Below, piece after piece: positions 1 to 12,753 of a DNA stretch of 64,000 bases. Source of the DNA: Chiloscyllium plagiosum (lineage: Eukaryota); contig NC_057719.1 of assembly GCF_004010195.1 (NCBI RefSeq), positions 48,780,914 through 48,844,913 on the forward strand. Direction: 5' to 3'. The notes below the pieces were generated by a model, which worked only from the letters and a program-made list of their open reading frames with translations, searched no databases and was not told the origin of the DNA. Both the position numbers and the translations under genes were made by a program. How positions within the stretch are numbered: the first letter of the stretch is position 1; each line of letters starts with the position of its first letter.

Positions 1-1089
1 CCACACTGGCCTTATTCCAGAAAATGCCTTGTGATCAATTTTTAGTAAAAAGATGCTTTAGTCTATGCAATACTAAACACATTGTTCAAAAATGTTGCTT
101 GCTAAAGATATTATCTCTTAACATAAGCAGTGTAAAATTACGTATTTAAAATGACAATTATTTTAAAGCTGTTGAATATGTATAATCACAAATTTCTTTC
201 AGCTTAAATTGATGTAATGTTGTGACATTTTGGTGCCTTTTGATCCAATTTCAAATATACTTATTCCCTATGTGGGAAAGATTTAAATATGAACATGCCT
301 GAATACAAATAATGTACATAATTTATGAAGTACATGTCTCTCGGGAACATGACAGTTCAAGTGTCAGATTCATCCTGCTGACAATACATACTCACGAGCA
401 GTATACAAAGTGAACCCTGTCTATGGTAATGGACTGAACATTGACCTATTGATTGAGTGGTACAAGACATCATACAATATCAGCTGGGTCTTTCAAATTT
501 CATTTGGTGCGTGACATGAATTAACCTCAGGAACCTTGCATGTGCATTTCTATTTCTGATGGTTAAGTTCTAGATAATGTTCAGACACGTTAGTTTGCTA
601 GTCAAAGTAAAAATTATTTTCAGAGCAGCAAACTGTGCCAAGTTTAAATAACTATAGCTGTCAATTAATAAAGCACAACTATGTCAGCTTTATTAGTGTG
701 GTGTGATAATAGTTGCACAGCCAACTTTTCATAATTTTTTAGTTATGCTTTTAATAGAAATACATATGAAGTAAAAACTAAATCACTTGAGTTTTTTTCA
801 TATTTACAGTAATAGTGTTAGTGCAGCTTCAAGTGCTTACAAAATTATATTCAAATTCTCAACGCTCTTGGATAAATTACTATTAGATTATTAACAGATT
901 AGTATGTGTAATTGTAAAGGAAGACAATGAGCTGAAAAACAATGCACTCAAAATAAAATTGTAATTATTATGTGCATAATAAATGACACTTGCATAAAAA
1001 AAATAAAATCACACATTTGGACTACAATGCAAAGGAGCCATCAAAATAAAACAAAAAAAAATCAAAGTCAATTCAATAACACAACATGC

Positions 1090-1350
1090 TAGTTGTGTGT
1101 GCTGTTTCTATGAATTGAGAGACTTGGATCAATTGTCAGCCTCCTTGATTGTCATTACTGCGCTACAGATGGCATTTTCATTTCTTATTTAAGCCATTAA
1201 TTGCCGCTTTGAATGGAGTCTAGGTATCTGGTCAACAGAAGGAAAATGTATGAATTGAGCAAAAAGGACTCCAGCTCATAATTTGAGCATTGTTTGATGC
1301 TGAATGAGGTTGCCAGATTTACATTGTCTGGTATGTAAGATGAATTAATG
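1090..1350. promoter_or_regulatory. Candidate conserved non-coding element (weak)
   Basis: Unique, higher-complexity segment in an AT-rich TE-free block, with TGTCA and TAAT/ATTA motifs and retained CpGs. Conservation not tested. Confidence 0.3.
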
Positions 1351-2689
1351 CAAAGATATGCAATGTTAAAAAGTATACTACTAAAAATGATGACAATCTT
1401 GACATAAACATATTTCTGGTCTTTTAAGGATTATAATGTATTGAATAAAAAGTTAAGTCATGAATAAAATTCATTTGGAAATAATGCAGTGAAGTGGGAA
1501 GAAATCTGTAATTTTGTTGAATTTACTTTATTGTCGTAAAATGTAAGACAAATTAATAGTACAAAACCATATGTCAACTAGTTACATTGACTTTTTAATG
1601 GGATTCCTATACAGAGTTCTTTTTATACATTAATATATATCTGAATAAAAATAAACTGAGATATTTTGTGCCGATGGTTTACTCATATTTGTATTCAAAC
1701 ATATTTATGTTTTAGTCCTTGTGCTCTGATTCAAGGATTAGACCATATTTTTCAAATCTATTTTAGATAATATTTTGTTAAAGTTGTAGATGTTAATTTA
1801 GTGTGTGCCTTTTCTACAGAAAAGTTGGTTATGAATTTTACATTAATTATATCATTCTGAATGTACAAATTAAGCTTGAGTGCTAAATATTTAGACAATA
1901 CATTCTTACATGTGATAAATGGAGCCTGTGCAATCAAAAGGTTTACTCAATCATTTCTAAATTTAGGTAATTCACACTGATAGCTCCTTTACTGAAAGTT
2001 GAAGTTATTAATAATAAAAAAGGGTTTCTGTTACCAGCAATCACTTTTTCAAAGAATGTTAATTATTCAGACGAAACTGAAGTTCATGGTGAATTAAAAA
2101 TAAGCACACCAAAGTGCTTTTTAAAGCGTCTACAGTTGCACACTTGACACATAAAATAAAATGTGATATAATCTTACTTTAGGTCATTGGGTTATGCTGT
2201 TGATTCAAAATATATTATGACAACTTTCTTAAGAGCTGGCTGCTAATAATTTTGGGGAGATGTTTTGCTCTGTATTGAAAGTTAAAAAACGTATTACTTT
2301 GCTAAGGTGTAATTTATTCACAATAATGGTAAAATAATTTTTCTTTGACATTTACAATGAAAATCATAACCATTTGTCTGATTAAATGAATGTTTGGTAA
2401 AATCCATACAAATACATAATCTTAAGCAGAACTTTGTCTTATCAGACTTGCTCTGTGAAGGACCCTGTACATAAACGGTATTCTGAAATTGTGCACTTTA
2501 AAATAGCACTGTTTCATTCATGCGTTTGAAATATACATAACTGGCATACTTAATGTGCTTGGATGTACCATACTTGGTTTATTAGCTAACAGTAAAGAGA
2601 AATTCCTTAATAAAATGGAGGACCTTATATGACAACTGCATTTTTCATTAGTTCAAGAAAATGTTAATCATGCAATTCCAAGTCTAATC

Positions 2690-3400
2690 CTTTTGATATC
2701 GTCAGGTACCTCCTGTTCATGGGTTAATTGCTTTAAAAGCGGAGGCAATATTCTGAGCGTTGGGCTGTGTCACCTTTTCACAGCTGTTACCATTGAGTGA
2801 CAACTAAATCCCATGTGTAAGATGTGGAAAAGCTCAGTCTCCAATTGGGAGAAAATTTATGTAAACTGCAATCCCTTCAGTATGTGCGGAAGTCATAGAC
2901 TTTCTTGATTTACCCTGCTTTTCCCAGAAAGCTCTATTGTTTGCCTTCCTAAGTCTCATCAACCCTTTGTAGCAGAATATCACAGCAGCAGCAGATAGCT
3001 TGAAAAATATAAATGCTATCATAGTGCTGATTAATAGCAGTGCTTATGAGTCAAGTCAGATAACAGTGCAGCTCTCCACTCAATTTCAGATACTGCTAAT
3101 GGAATCTGTCTTCTCCAATTGTAATATGAGAAGGGCTAATTTGCTATGGAGCTTGGAGCTGTCACCAGCAGGGGATTGTGGGGTCAGATGGGAGCTGCCA
3201 GGTTTTTGCCCTGCAGCTTGTATCTCTAGCTTTGAATAGAGCAGCCCCCTGCCTGCCAGTTAGCTGATAGGCCGCTATGGGGTTTATGCCACCTCATACA
3301 ATAGGAAAGGGTTGCGCAGACTGACTTTTGTAATTGTGAAGCTGGCTCATATTTCGGGAGCTACTGTGCTGCGTAATTTCTAATAACTGGTTTTAACAAA
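2690..3400. promoter_or_regulatory. Candidate conserved non-coding element / developmental enhancer
   Basis: Non-repetitive segment with higher GC than its flanks and several CpGs. Pbx-Hox-type TGATTAAT at 3028-3035, TALE-type CTGTCA near 3158, multiple TAAT. No credible ORF or exon. Confidence 0.55.
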
Positions 3401-4039
3401 TGTCAGATTATTAAAAGTTTTCTCAATTACAAAAACTCATAAAACATTTGAATTGATAAATCTGTCTCTTGTTGAGTTTTGCCACTGGAAATAGAGCTTT
3501 TTTTTTCATGTGTGGCATTATACATTCACTTCAAAACTTGAATGCTTTTAGTTTTCTCTGATTTCAGGCAAGAAATAGGGCCATATTTACTTGGTAATAC
3601 ACTCAATTAAACAGTGTCTGAATTCAGAAATGCCACACAAGTTTTTTTTAACTTGTTAAGAACTACATTCTACTATTAACATGCAGGATAGAAACTTGGT
3701 TTCCTAATGTCTCTGAAAATAATGTTAATCAGTGACGACCTAATAACATAGGTGATAGATCTGAGCAGCTGCCTCTCAACAGGATGGCTGTAAGCTTAAG
3801 TCCCAGGTTACCTGTCACTTGAGCCTGCCTGCTTTTGTTGGGAATTGGCTTGGTGTTTCTTTGCTCCACTGTTAGTTGGAGTACAACATGGACATTCAAG
3901 TCTTTTAACTTAATGAGGCCCATTAGTCTCAACCAAAGAGCCATAGAGACCACATGATTGAAACTAAATTCTCATTAATTTACCTACATCTTGAGATTCT
4001 GCTATTAGCAGACCATAGCTTGTTGATTCAAGATTTATA

Positions 4040-4920
4040 ATCAACAACTTATGTTTAGAAAATTTTCAGAGCTGAAAAACATGGCAAGGCATTTCAGAGG
4101 GATAATCGAAAACATGGATGCAAAGCTAAAAAGGAAGATATCAAAAGGAGAACCAAAAGCTTTGTCAAAAAGGTACCATTTAATGTGGAATTTAAAGGAT
4201 GAGGGGATGTGAGGGCAGAGTGATTTTAGGAAATAATTTCAGAGAGTGAGGTCTTGGCAATGATAAGGGCATTGATTGAGTGAGCTTTTGCATTGGAAAT
4301 GATAATGGACATTTAAGATATTGAAAGATGGAATGTTGAACATGAAAGCATTAGATTAATCAAATGTGGAGGTGACAAAAGTATTGAGAAGTGTTTCAGC
4401 CACTCATGGACTGAGATAGAGTGGAGATGGATGTTATTTGTCTTTGTGATAATTCAGAGATGGGAAGTAAGTGTTCTTTGTGATGGACAGGTTGTGTGGT
4501 TGAGCTTTAGCCCAGTGTCAAATAGAATGAGTTGTAATCAATCTGGTTCACCAGAAAAGTGGTCAGACCTGAGATAAAATCAATATTAATCATATGGAGT
4601 TCGTGGCAAAGGTTAAAGACAATAATGCATCATGGTCACAACCTGAGAGGGTTTGAGACTATCATTTGAGACATTGTGATGCTCCAACATGAGCCAAAAA
4701 CATGTCACATTTAATAGTGTGGTGTGGGAAATATTGTCATGGATCTGGTAGGTGATAACACTTTCAATTACTTTGGAAAGGTAAAGCATATTGGAAATGA
4801 ACAATATTTTGGCAGGAGAACCATGGTTGACATTTTTGAGAAGAGACGATGAGATGATGATTTTGAAAGGAAGAAGCTGGAATGGCCATTGGTTTAGAGG
4901 GAAATTGATTGTGGTAGTGT
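4040..4920 (-). mobile_element. Old L2-clade LINE remnant (RT fragment and 3' region)
   Basis: ORF 4613..4972 contains ISNMLYLSKVIESVITYQI, a decayed form of the L2 RT motif ISNLPFLSKVLERVV. The purine-rich plus strand fits an antisense L2 3' end. Confidence 0.65.
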
Positions 4921-4929
4921 AGAAATAAG

Positions 4930-5340
4930 AAAGATGTGCATTTCCATAGCACTTTCGGCAACTACCAGGCACTGCAAAGCACTTGACAGACTATAAAGTA
5001 TTTCTTGAAGTGTTGTCACTACTATAATAGGAAACACATTAGGTAATCTGTAGAGAGCAAATTCCCACAAATAGTAATGAGGTAGATTATCTGGGCACTG
5101 TAATTTGTGATTTTGATTGAGTAATGGTTATTAGGCAGGAAGCTAGTGGTAAAACCTATGTTCCTCCTTGAAATAGTGCCAAAAGATCTTTCACATCCAG
5201 ACAAGTAGGCAGGTAGCACCTCTGAAAGTGCAGCCTTGCACTGAAGAGTCAACTTTGACTTTAGTGCTCAAGCACTGGAGTGGGTTTTGATCCCAGAGCC
5301 TGAGGACTCAAAGGAGTGTGTGCTAACCAACTGAGGCAGG
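4930..5340 (-). mobile_element. Deu-domain tRNA-derived SINE (SacSINE1-like)
   Basis: tRNA-like head at the right end (revcomp ctcagttggttagc). Deu-like core gatctttcacatcc...gcacctctgaaagtgcagc. Homologous to 38515-38830 and 54495-55445. Confidence 0.7.
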
Positions 5341-5899
5341 TAATTTCTAGGCACTGTTTTTATTTGCTGGTTTGTGGATGCTTTTACCTAAATTCTATGT
5401 TCATATTCTAATATATTTGGGGTTTTTGTTTCCTCACCTTGCCTTTCATGCTAATATAAAGAATGTGGTTGTTACATAACCTACAATGGCAGGAATTGAA
5501 ATTACCTGATTTGTTTTTTCACAGCCACATCCCGTGATCAAGGACAGTCAAATACATTTTCATTGAGTTATTTTCCATGCTCTCTTTATTCACAGAGGCT
5601 GCATGAACAACATAATCCATCGTGAAAGCAGCTTTTTCAGTTCTCCTTATCTATTCCTTTCTTAAGTTCTTCCCAGGCTATATGCAGCATTCCTCTGCCA
5701 AAACTATAAAATGTGATCTTCTGGCTTTTTAGCTTTGAATTAACTGCAAGGAAGTACCTGATGATAACTTGTCTCTGATATTATCTTCCTCTGAGGGAGT
5801 GGCTTGGATGACAAATAGTGTCTCTTTTGATGACAAGAGCAAGGAAGTTGGTGGAAGCACTGACAGTGGCATGGGTACAGCATGTACTTTGGGTGGAGA

Positions 5900-7690
5900 A
5901 TTTCAATGTCAATCATCAAACGTGGTTCAGCAGTAGCACTACTAATCGAGCTCGTTAAATCCTAAAGGAAAAATCTGCTAGACTGGAGCTGCGGCATGTG
6001 ATGAGGGAAACAACTGGAGGGAAAAGAATATTTGGCCTCATCCTTACCAATCTGCTTGACAGAAATGGGTCTGTCCATGACACTATCAGTAAGAGTGATC
6101 TCCACTCAGTCCTTATGGAGACAAAGTCCTGCCTTCACATTGAGAATACCTTATGTTGTGTTGGGTGGCACTATTACCGTGCGAATGGGACAAACTTTGA
6201 ACAGTTCTGGCAACTCAAGACTGGGCATACACGAAGCAATGTGGGCCATCATCAGCAACAGATCTGTACACCAACACAATCTGTAACCTCATAGCCCACC
6301 ACATTCCCTACTTAACCATTGCCATCAAGCCAGGGGATCAAACCTGAGTCCATGGAGAGTGCAGGAGAGACATGCCAGGAGCAGCACCAGACATACCTAA
6401 AAATGAGGTGTCAACCTGGTGAAGCTATCTAACAGGAGTACATGCATGCTAAACAGTATAAGCAGCAAATGGTAGAGAAATAAAGATAAGCAATTCCAGA
6501 ACCAATGGATCAGATTTAAACTCTGCATTCCTAGTTATGGGTGCTGGTGGGCATTTAATCAACTCATTGGAGGATGAGGTTCCACAAATGCTCCTATTGT
6601 CAATGATGAGGGAATCCCAGTTCATCAAGCAAAAGAATAAGGTCAAAGCATCCATAACAATCTCCTCCAGAAGTCCTCAGCATCACTCAAGCCAGTCTTC
6701 AGCCAATTTGACTCACTCCATGTGATATCAACAAATGGCTGGAGGCATTTGATAATGAAAAGGCTGTTGTCCGTCACTATATTCTGCCATTTCAGAATAA
6801 TGCTCCAGAACTTGCTGTTTCAATACAACTACAATACTGGCATCTACCTGACAATGTGGAAAATTGCCCAGGTATGTCCTGTAAACAAAAAGCAGGATAA
6901 ATGCACCCCAGCCAATTTTCACCCCATCAGTCTTCTCTCAATAATTGTAAAGTAATGGAAAGTGTCATGACCAGTGCTGTCAAGCAGCACTTATCTATCT
7001 AGAACCTGCTCACTGATGCTCCGTTTGGGTTTTGCCAGGACCACTCATCTCCTGGCCTTATTACAGCTTTGTTGGAGTCATGCATGGCACAATAGTAGAG
7101 AATTGTGGTTATTGGAGATCAATCATCTCAGCTCCAGGACATCAATGCAGGAATTCCTGAGAGTAATATCTTTGGCCCAACCATCTTCAGCTGCTCATTA
7201 ATGAACCTCCATCTATCATAAGGTCAGAAGTGGGATCTTTGCACCATTCACAATTCCTAAGACATTAAAGCAGTCCATGTCCAAATGCATCAAGACCTGG
7301 ACAATATTTAGGTTTGGACTGAAAAGTGACAAGTTACATTCACACCTCACTAATGTCAGGTCCTGACCATCTCTAACAAGAGAAAATCCAACCCACGTCA
7401 TGTGACATTCAATAGCATTACCATCACTGAATCCCCGACTATCAAAATCCTCGAGGTTACTATTGACCAGAAACTGTACTGGATTAGCCATATAAATACA
7501 ATGGCTGCAAGAACGAGGAATCCTGCAGTGAGTAACTCACCTCCTGATTTCTCAAAGTCTGCCTGCCACCTACACATCACAAGTCATGAGTGTGATGGAA
7601 TAGTTCCCACTTGCCTGGACAAATGCAGCTTCAACAACATTCAAGGAGCTCAACACAATCCAAGACAAAGCAGCTTATCGTCGTTGTAGC
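5900..7690 (+). mobile_element. CR1-group LINE remnant, family A (endonuclease C-terminus, RT, C-terminus; frameshifted, internally deleted)
   Basis: RETTGGKRIFGLILTN...SKSDLH (APE endonuclease end, TR..LDL..SDH) and WKIAQVCPVNKKQDKCTPANFHPISLLSII (RT domain 0/1). Confidence 0.85.
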
Positions 7691-8519
7691 TGAGGACCAA
7701 CTTCAGAGTACTACCATGGCTTTCTCATTGGCCACCTGCTACAGTATAAGTCAATTAAACCACCATGTAACTGTTTCTGTGTGCTATAAGGTGGAAAGAT
7801 GATTTTGTTATAGAGTGTAGAGATAAGCATCTCTATCACACGCTCATCTGCAATTAATGTTTGTCATTTTATTACACTCACCCATGTCGTACTACTTGTG
7901 GCACAGTGCTACTGCCTCTCTCTCATCTGTCAACATTTGCACTAAAACTGGAAAATGAGCAATGAAACTCATTAGCTGATGCACCACCATCTCATTGGCC
8001 TTTCAGCACACTAGCAGAACCTATGTGTCTCATCACTTTTTACTAAAGACTTGCATGGGGCAAAGTCATCACCATCAAATGTAATTTTGGAATGATCACC
8101 TCACGTAAATATCAGGCACACACATCAGGATAAACTTTATTGATCACAAGCAACTCTAGCTCTTTCACCACACTGAGCAACCTTTAAAATTCAGGTTCTT
8201 TTAATGCTGAACTCCCTCCATACTGCATTCTTCCTGCAAGCAATAGATGATCACAGCTTTAGGAAATCCCATCTCTATGTGTACCTAGCATAGAGAAATG
8301 TACGGTCAAGGGGCTGCTGTTTGATATAAAGCTTGTCAACTCTTCAAACGACAGGCCACTGTGCAAGGGGGATATGCTTATACTGAAGGTCAGATTGGAT
8401 ATTTCCAGCCATTTAATGGAAAAGCTTTCCATAAGCTAATAACAGCTACCCATCAAGATCTTAATGGAACTTTGGGCAAAGAAGGTGTGTCATGACACAA
8501 ACAAATCATTATGTTAATC

Positions 8520-9450
8520 TCTGCAGCCAGGCACAGAGCCACGCAAGGGCCAGAAGAGGAAATTGGTCAACCCCCAAGCCTATCTATAGTGTAGTAGAAG
8601 ATACCTCTGAGGAGGAACAGCCTGGAACCTCAAAGAGTTCAATATCAAGGTATTCTACCACACCATTCACCAGCACAGGACATCCACCAGTAATATGTCT
8701 AGAGTAGGCTTTTGGTCATCTACTGGTTAACACAGCATTGGTATGGGCCTACAGCTTGAAGAGGAAAAACTGTCAAGGTCTCCAACTCTAAATCATTGTC
8801 AGAGAACAGGGACCTTCTGAGTATGGTACAGATGAAGGTCCACTAATCTCAGCCATTAATGAGCTAACGGTGATGCAGACACAACCACTGGAATGTCTGG
8901 CAGAGTTGTCAGAGATTATGTACATTCTGGAGTGAACAGCAGTGGAGTCTGTCCATGTTCTGTCTGACATGGCTCTGACAAGCAAAAGCATGCCTGTTCC
9001 CATGGAGTGGGTGCTGGCTGCTGTTGCAAGTCAGCTTCAGCCGAACTGTTGGTATCTGCTGGATAGGCACACAGATCTTCAATCCACTGCTTGAGATGTA
9101 TTCATTTAATGGCTCATCAAAAGTGAACCTAGGGATCTTGAATTTCCTCCAGGTGCCCCATATCCTCAAAGGTTGAGGAGGAGGAACAACAGCAAGGTAC
9201 CCATCAACTGACATCTCAGGACACTCAGGAGTGCCCTCCACCCTTTCCCCTCTGTCAGGGACCCAATGCCCGCATCATCTCTGGCCTGCAACCTTGGAGC
9301 CTCCAAGCCCTAGGCCATGAGAAGGATGTCACTAATTTGAAAGAAAGTGGAAGAGAATCCACCAGGCTTTCACATGCTCAGCTATGGCTGCCAAAGTGGA
9401 ATTACATTGCTGCGCAAGGCAAAGAAAGATGACTCTTCTGGAGACCCTGT
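8520..9450 (+). mobile_element. Probable Harbinger Myb/SANT-gene C-terminal exon remnant
   Basis: Translation DEGPLISAINEL...AELSEIM...VESVHVL...PMEWVLAAVASQ aligns by eye with DDPIVSTINKL...AGLSEKL...EESIDAI...SMDSWVGAMESQ of the minus-strand element at 27830-28040. Confidence 0.5.
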
Positions 9451-9934
9451 CTGCTCCAGCTGAGCAGTTCAGGGAATGAAGGCACATCTTTAGAAGACCA
9501 ACCAGATCAATGATGACCCAGGTGAATGTAGGTCATCCATCAATCTAAAAGTTTTGCATTGAGATCATCAGCTAGGCCTTTTTGGGGTACGTTTTGGTAC
9601 CCATGAGCCAGCACTGGAGATGATGTTGAAGGTAGGGATTGACCATTTGGGGAACCTGGGAGTTGTTCAGAATGTTCCCTTAATAATGGATGTACACCTG
9701 CGGGAATCTGTTGGGTGGGAAAACTTCAGAAGGACATTAGATGATTTTATATAAATAGAAGCAATGTAAGGGGTGATGGAGAAAAAACAGGAGAATAGCT
9801 CTAAGTCATGATATTCATTTCAAGAGTCAGTGGAGACACCACAGGCCAAACAATCTCTTGCAATTCTCATTTCCATGATTCCATTAATTGTCTCTGAGAC
9901 TGAAGGAATGAAATCCAGTTTTTTTCTTTAAATC

Positions 9935-10240
9935 ACAGGATGAGACTCGCTAGCCGAATCAGCGTTTATTGCCCATCCCTAATTGCCCAGAGGGCAGTCA
10001 AGAGTTCACTGCATTGCTGTGGGTCCGGAGTCACATGTAGGCCAGACCAGGTGAAGATGGCAGTTTCCTTCCCTCAAGTATGTTAGTGAACCAGATGGGC
10101 TTTTCCAACAATTGACTTATAGTCACCATTAAAATCTTGATTCTAAATTTTTATTGAATTCAAATTCCACCATCTGCCGTGACAGGATTTGAACCCAGGT
10201 CCCCAGAATATTATTCTGGATTAGTAGGCCATTGACTACC
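9935..10240 (-). mobile_element. tRNA-derived SINE with LINE family A-like 3' tail
   Basis: Box-B-like ggatttgaacccagg at about 10186-10200 and tail tttattgcccatccctaattgccc. Homologous to 30340-31130 and 62450-62700. Confidence 0.8.
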
Positions 10241-10470
10241 CTAATGGATGATATGCAAATGATACAAGGCAGATCTGAGTAGCTTATGTATGCAATTGAT
10301 AGCCCCTTGTACCTGTGGGAATCAAGCAAGAACTGGAAATTTAATTGTTGGGCAGCTTGGTGGATCCATGTGAAATGGACAAATGTTACTGCTTTTCTAT
10401 AAAGTGTTTAGGTAACTTCACAAATGCTCTTGTGTAATGCTGGTTCGGTGATGCCACACAGATCTCCAAT

Positions 10471-10830
10471 TCATAGAGTCATGGAGGTGTACAGCACAGA
10501 AACAGACACTTCAGTCTTGGACTCTGCTAACCTGGAAAAAAGACCTTGGCTAATCACCCTATGCATGTCCCTCTATAAAGTAACCCAAATCAGCCTCTGA
10601 CAATCCAGGAAAATATCACATTTCATTCAGCCTCTCCCTATAGCTCAAACCCTCCAACCCTGGCACATCGTTGTAAATCTTTTCTGAACCCTTTCAAGTT
10701 TCAGAACATCTTTCCTATATCCTACACCAGAATTGAATGCAGTATTCTTAAAGTGGCCTAATGCATGTATTGTACAGCTGCAATGTGACTTCCCAACTCC
10801 TATCCTAAATACTTGGTGGTCCATGAAGGG
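10471..10830 (-). mobile_element. HER1-like CR1 LINE 3' fragment (internally deleted)
   Basis: Tail catagagtcat...gtacagcacagaaacagac. Peptide YRKDVLKLERVQKRFT. Confidence 0.85.
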
Positions 10831-12185
10831 GTGCATACTCCATACCCCAAGACTAGTTCTCCCTTCCCTGATGCTTCCCTATGCAAGACATTTATGTTTT
10901 TTTATCTTCATGTTACTTGGCATACAAGTGCCAAATAGAACAATGTGAATTTTAAAGGTTTGCCCTTCGTTATCTACTGTGATGCAGTCCTTAAATATTA
11001 AGATATTAGATAGCCAAACAGTTCAGTCACTGTGTTGCTAACTTGCATATGCAGAGGCCTGAATGACCAACCACCAACATGAGTACTACTGGTAAATCTT
11101 AGTTTCACTTCTTGTGAAGGGTTAGTGATTGACTGGACATGATGGGAGATAACTTTATATGTTTACACCTTATCGTTTTCCTTCAATACAAACTCATTCA
11201 CACTGTACTTGCACAACCTACATTTCCAGTTTTGGACTCAATTACTTCTTTTGTCAGAGGGCGGGAGGTGTTATTCACTTCACTTCCTTGCAAACAAACC
11301 TGGAGCTCCTTCCGTTTATGTTTTGGATTCTCAGAATCACTTTTATGGAATTTGTGCATTACTTTATTTGACTACAGTATTTCCCACTCTACCCTTATTC
11401 TTTTAAGCATCATCTCTCTATGGCTGGCTTTACCAGTTCCAATTTTTTTCTGCTCTTTCTTCAATCTCCCTATCATAAAATCAGCCCTTTTAGTATTTTC
11501 CTTGAATTCCCTGCTCTCTCCAGGATGCTACTTTCTTAGAGACCCAGATGTCTGGATATTCAGCCTCACTCCTCTGCTCATTCAACTCCACTGCCTTTTC
11601 TCCCTCCCATGTTGCATCTCACTTAATATCCAGCCTCACACCGTTGACTGTGCCAATTGCCTGTATTAGTTTGATTTTGTCCTTTTAATCCCAGTTTAAT
11701 TTTTTGCCTCCATTCCCCAGGATCCTTCAAATATCCCTTGACAGCAATACCATTTAAGTTGCTTTCCCTTCTTCTCCTTTGTACCCAACCTACCCCACCT
11801 TTCTGTAAACATCTTTTATTGATGCCCCTTTTTGATTTCACCCCCATTTAAGCTAATGCTCCATTTAAGCCCATCCCCCTCTTAAACTCAGGCACATTTG
11901 TCTCCCCCAATCAGATTCATTTGAATGAATCAATCTGACTGTCTTGATTGTACAAGCTAATGCACCCAATCAACCTTCATCTCTAACTGTAATAATCCTA
12001 TTACTGTAAATCCAATGACCATTGAATGTGCTTTCTCCTCAATTGTTAAACATGGAGAGCAATCACCCCAACACTGGAAGCATTTAAAGAAGCCAGAATG
12101 TGTATGAATATGCCTTCTCATGATTGTTGAACCTTGAGAGCCTTCAATGCTAACACTGAAATGTTTGTGAAATAAACAGCTTATT

Positions 12186-12753
12186 AGCAAGTTTTGAGAT
12201 TTGTAGCTCAGGTTGGGGTTCTGGATGTAAGTTTGCTCACTGAGCTGGAAGGTTTACTTTCAGATATTTCATCACATATTAGGTAACATCATCACTGAGC
12301 CTCTGGTGAAGCACTGGTGGTATGGCCCACTTTTTATTTATGTGTTTAGGCTTCCTTGGGTTGGTCCTGTAGTGATGTCATTTCCTCTGGTGTTGCCATT
12401 TCTTGTTCTTTTTCTCAGGGGTTGGTAAATGGGATCCGAGTCAATGTGTTTGTTGATAGAGTTCCAGTTGGACAAAAAGAGACACGCATGAGAATTCCCA
12501 GAAGCATGGCAATCGCACTGGAGTTCTATCAACAAACACATTGACGAGGATCCCATTTACCACCCCTGAGAAAAAGAACAGAAAATGACATCACCACAGG
12601 ACACTACCTCACCAACCCAAGGAAACCTAAACACATAAATAAAAAGTGGGCCATACCACCAGTGCTTCAGCGGAGGCTCACTGATGATGTTACTTAGTAT
12701 GGTGATGAAATGTTTGAAAACAAACCTAGCTCAGCAAGGAAACTTACATCCTG
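12186..12753. mobile_element. Penelope-like element 3' end (pLTR) in inverted, palindromic arrangement
   Basis: Arms of about 12221-12470 and 12515-12753 are reverse complements. Both encode the ORF C-terminus SINKHID.DPIY. 12-bp TSD aaacagcttatt at 12174-12185 and 12754-12765. Confidence 0.85.

Noticed and set aside
2690..3400. Assigning the candidate CNEs to a named gene or UCE identifier
   Set aside because: Cannot be supported without a database search.
11139..11669. 176-aa hydrophobic ORF as a membrane protein
   Set aside because: Product of T/C-rich low-complexity sequence, with no recognisable domain or exon signals.
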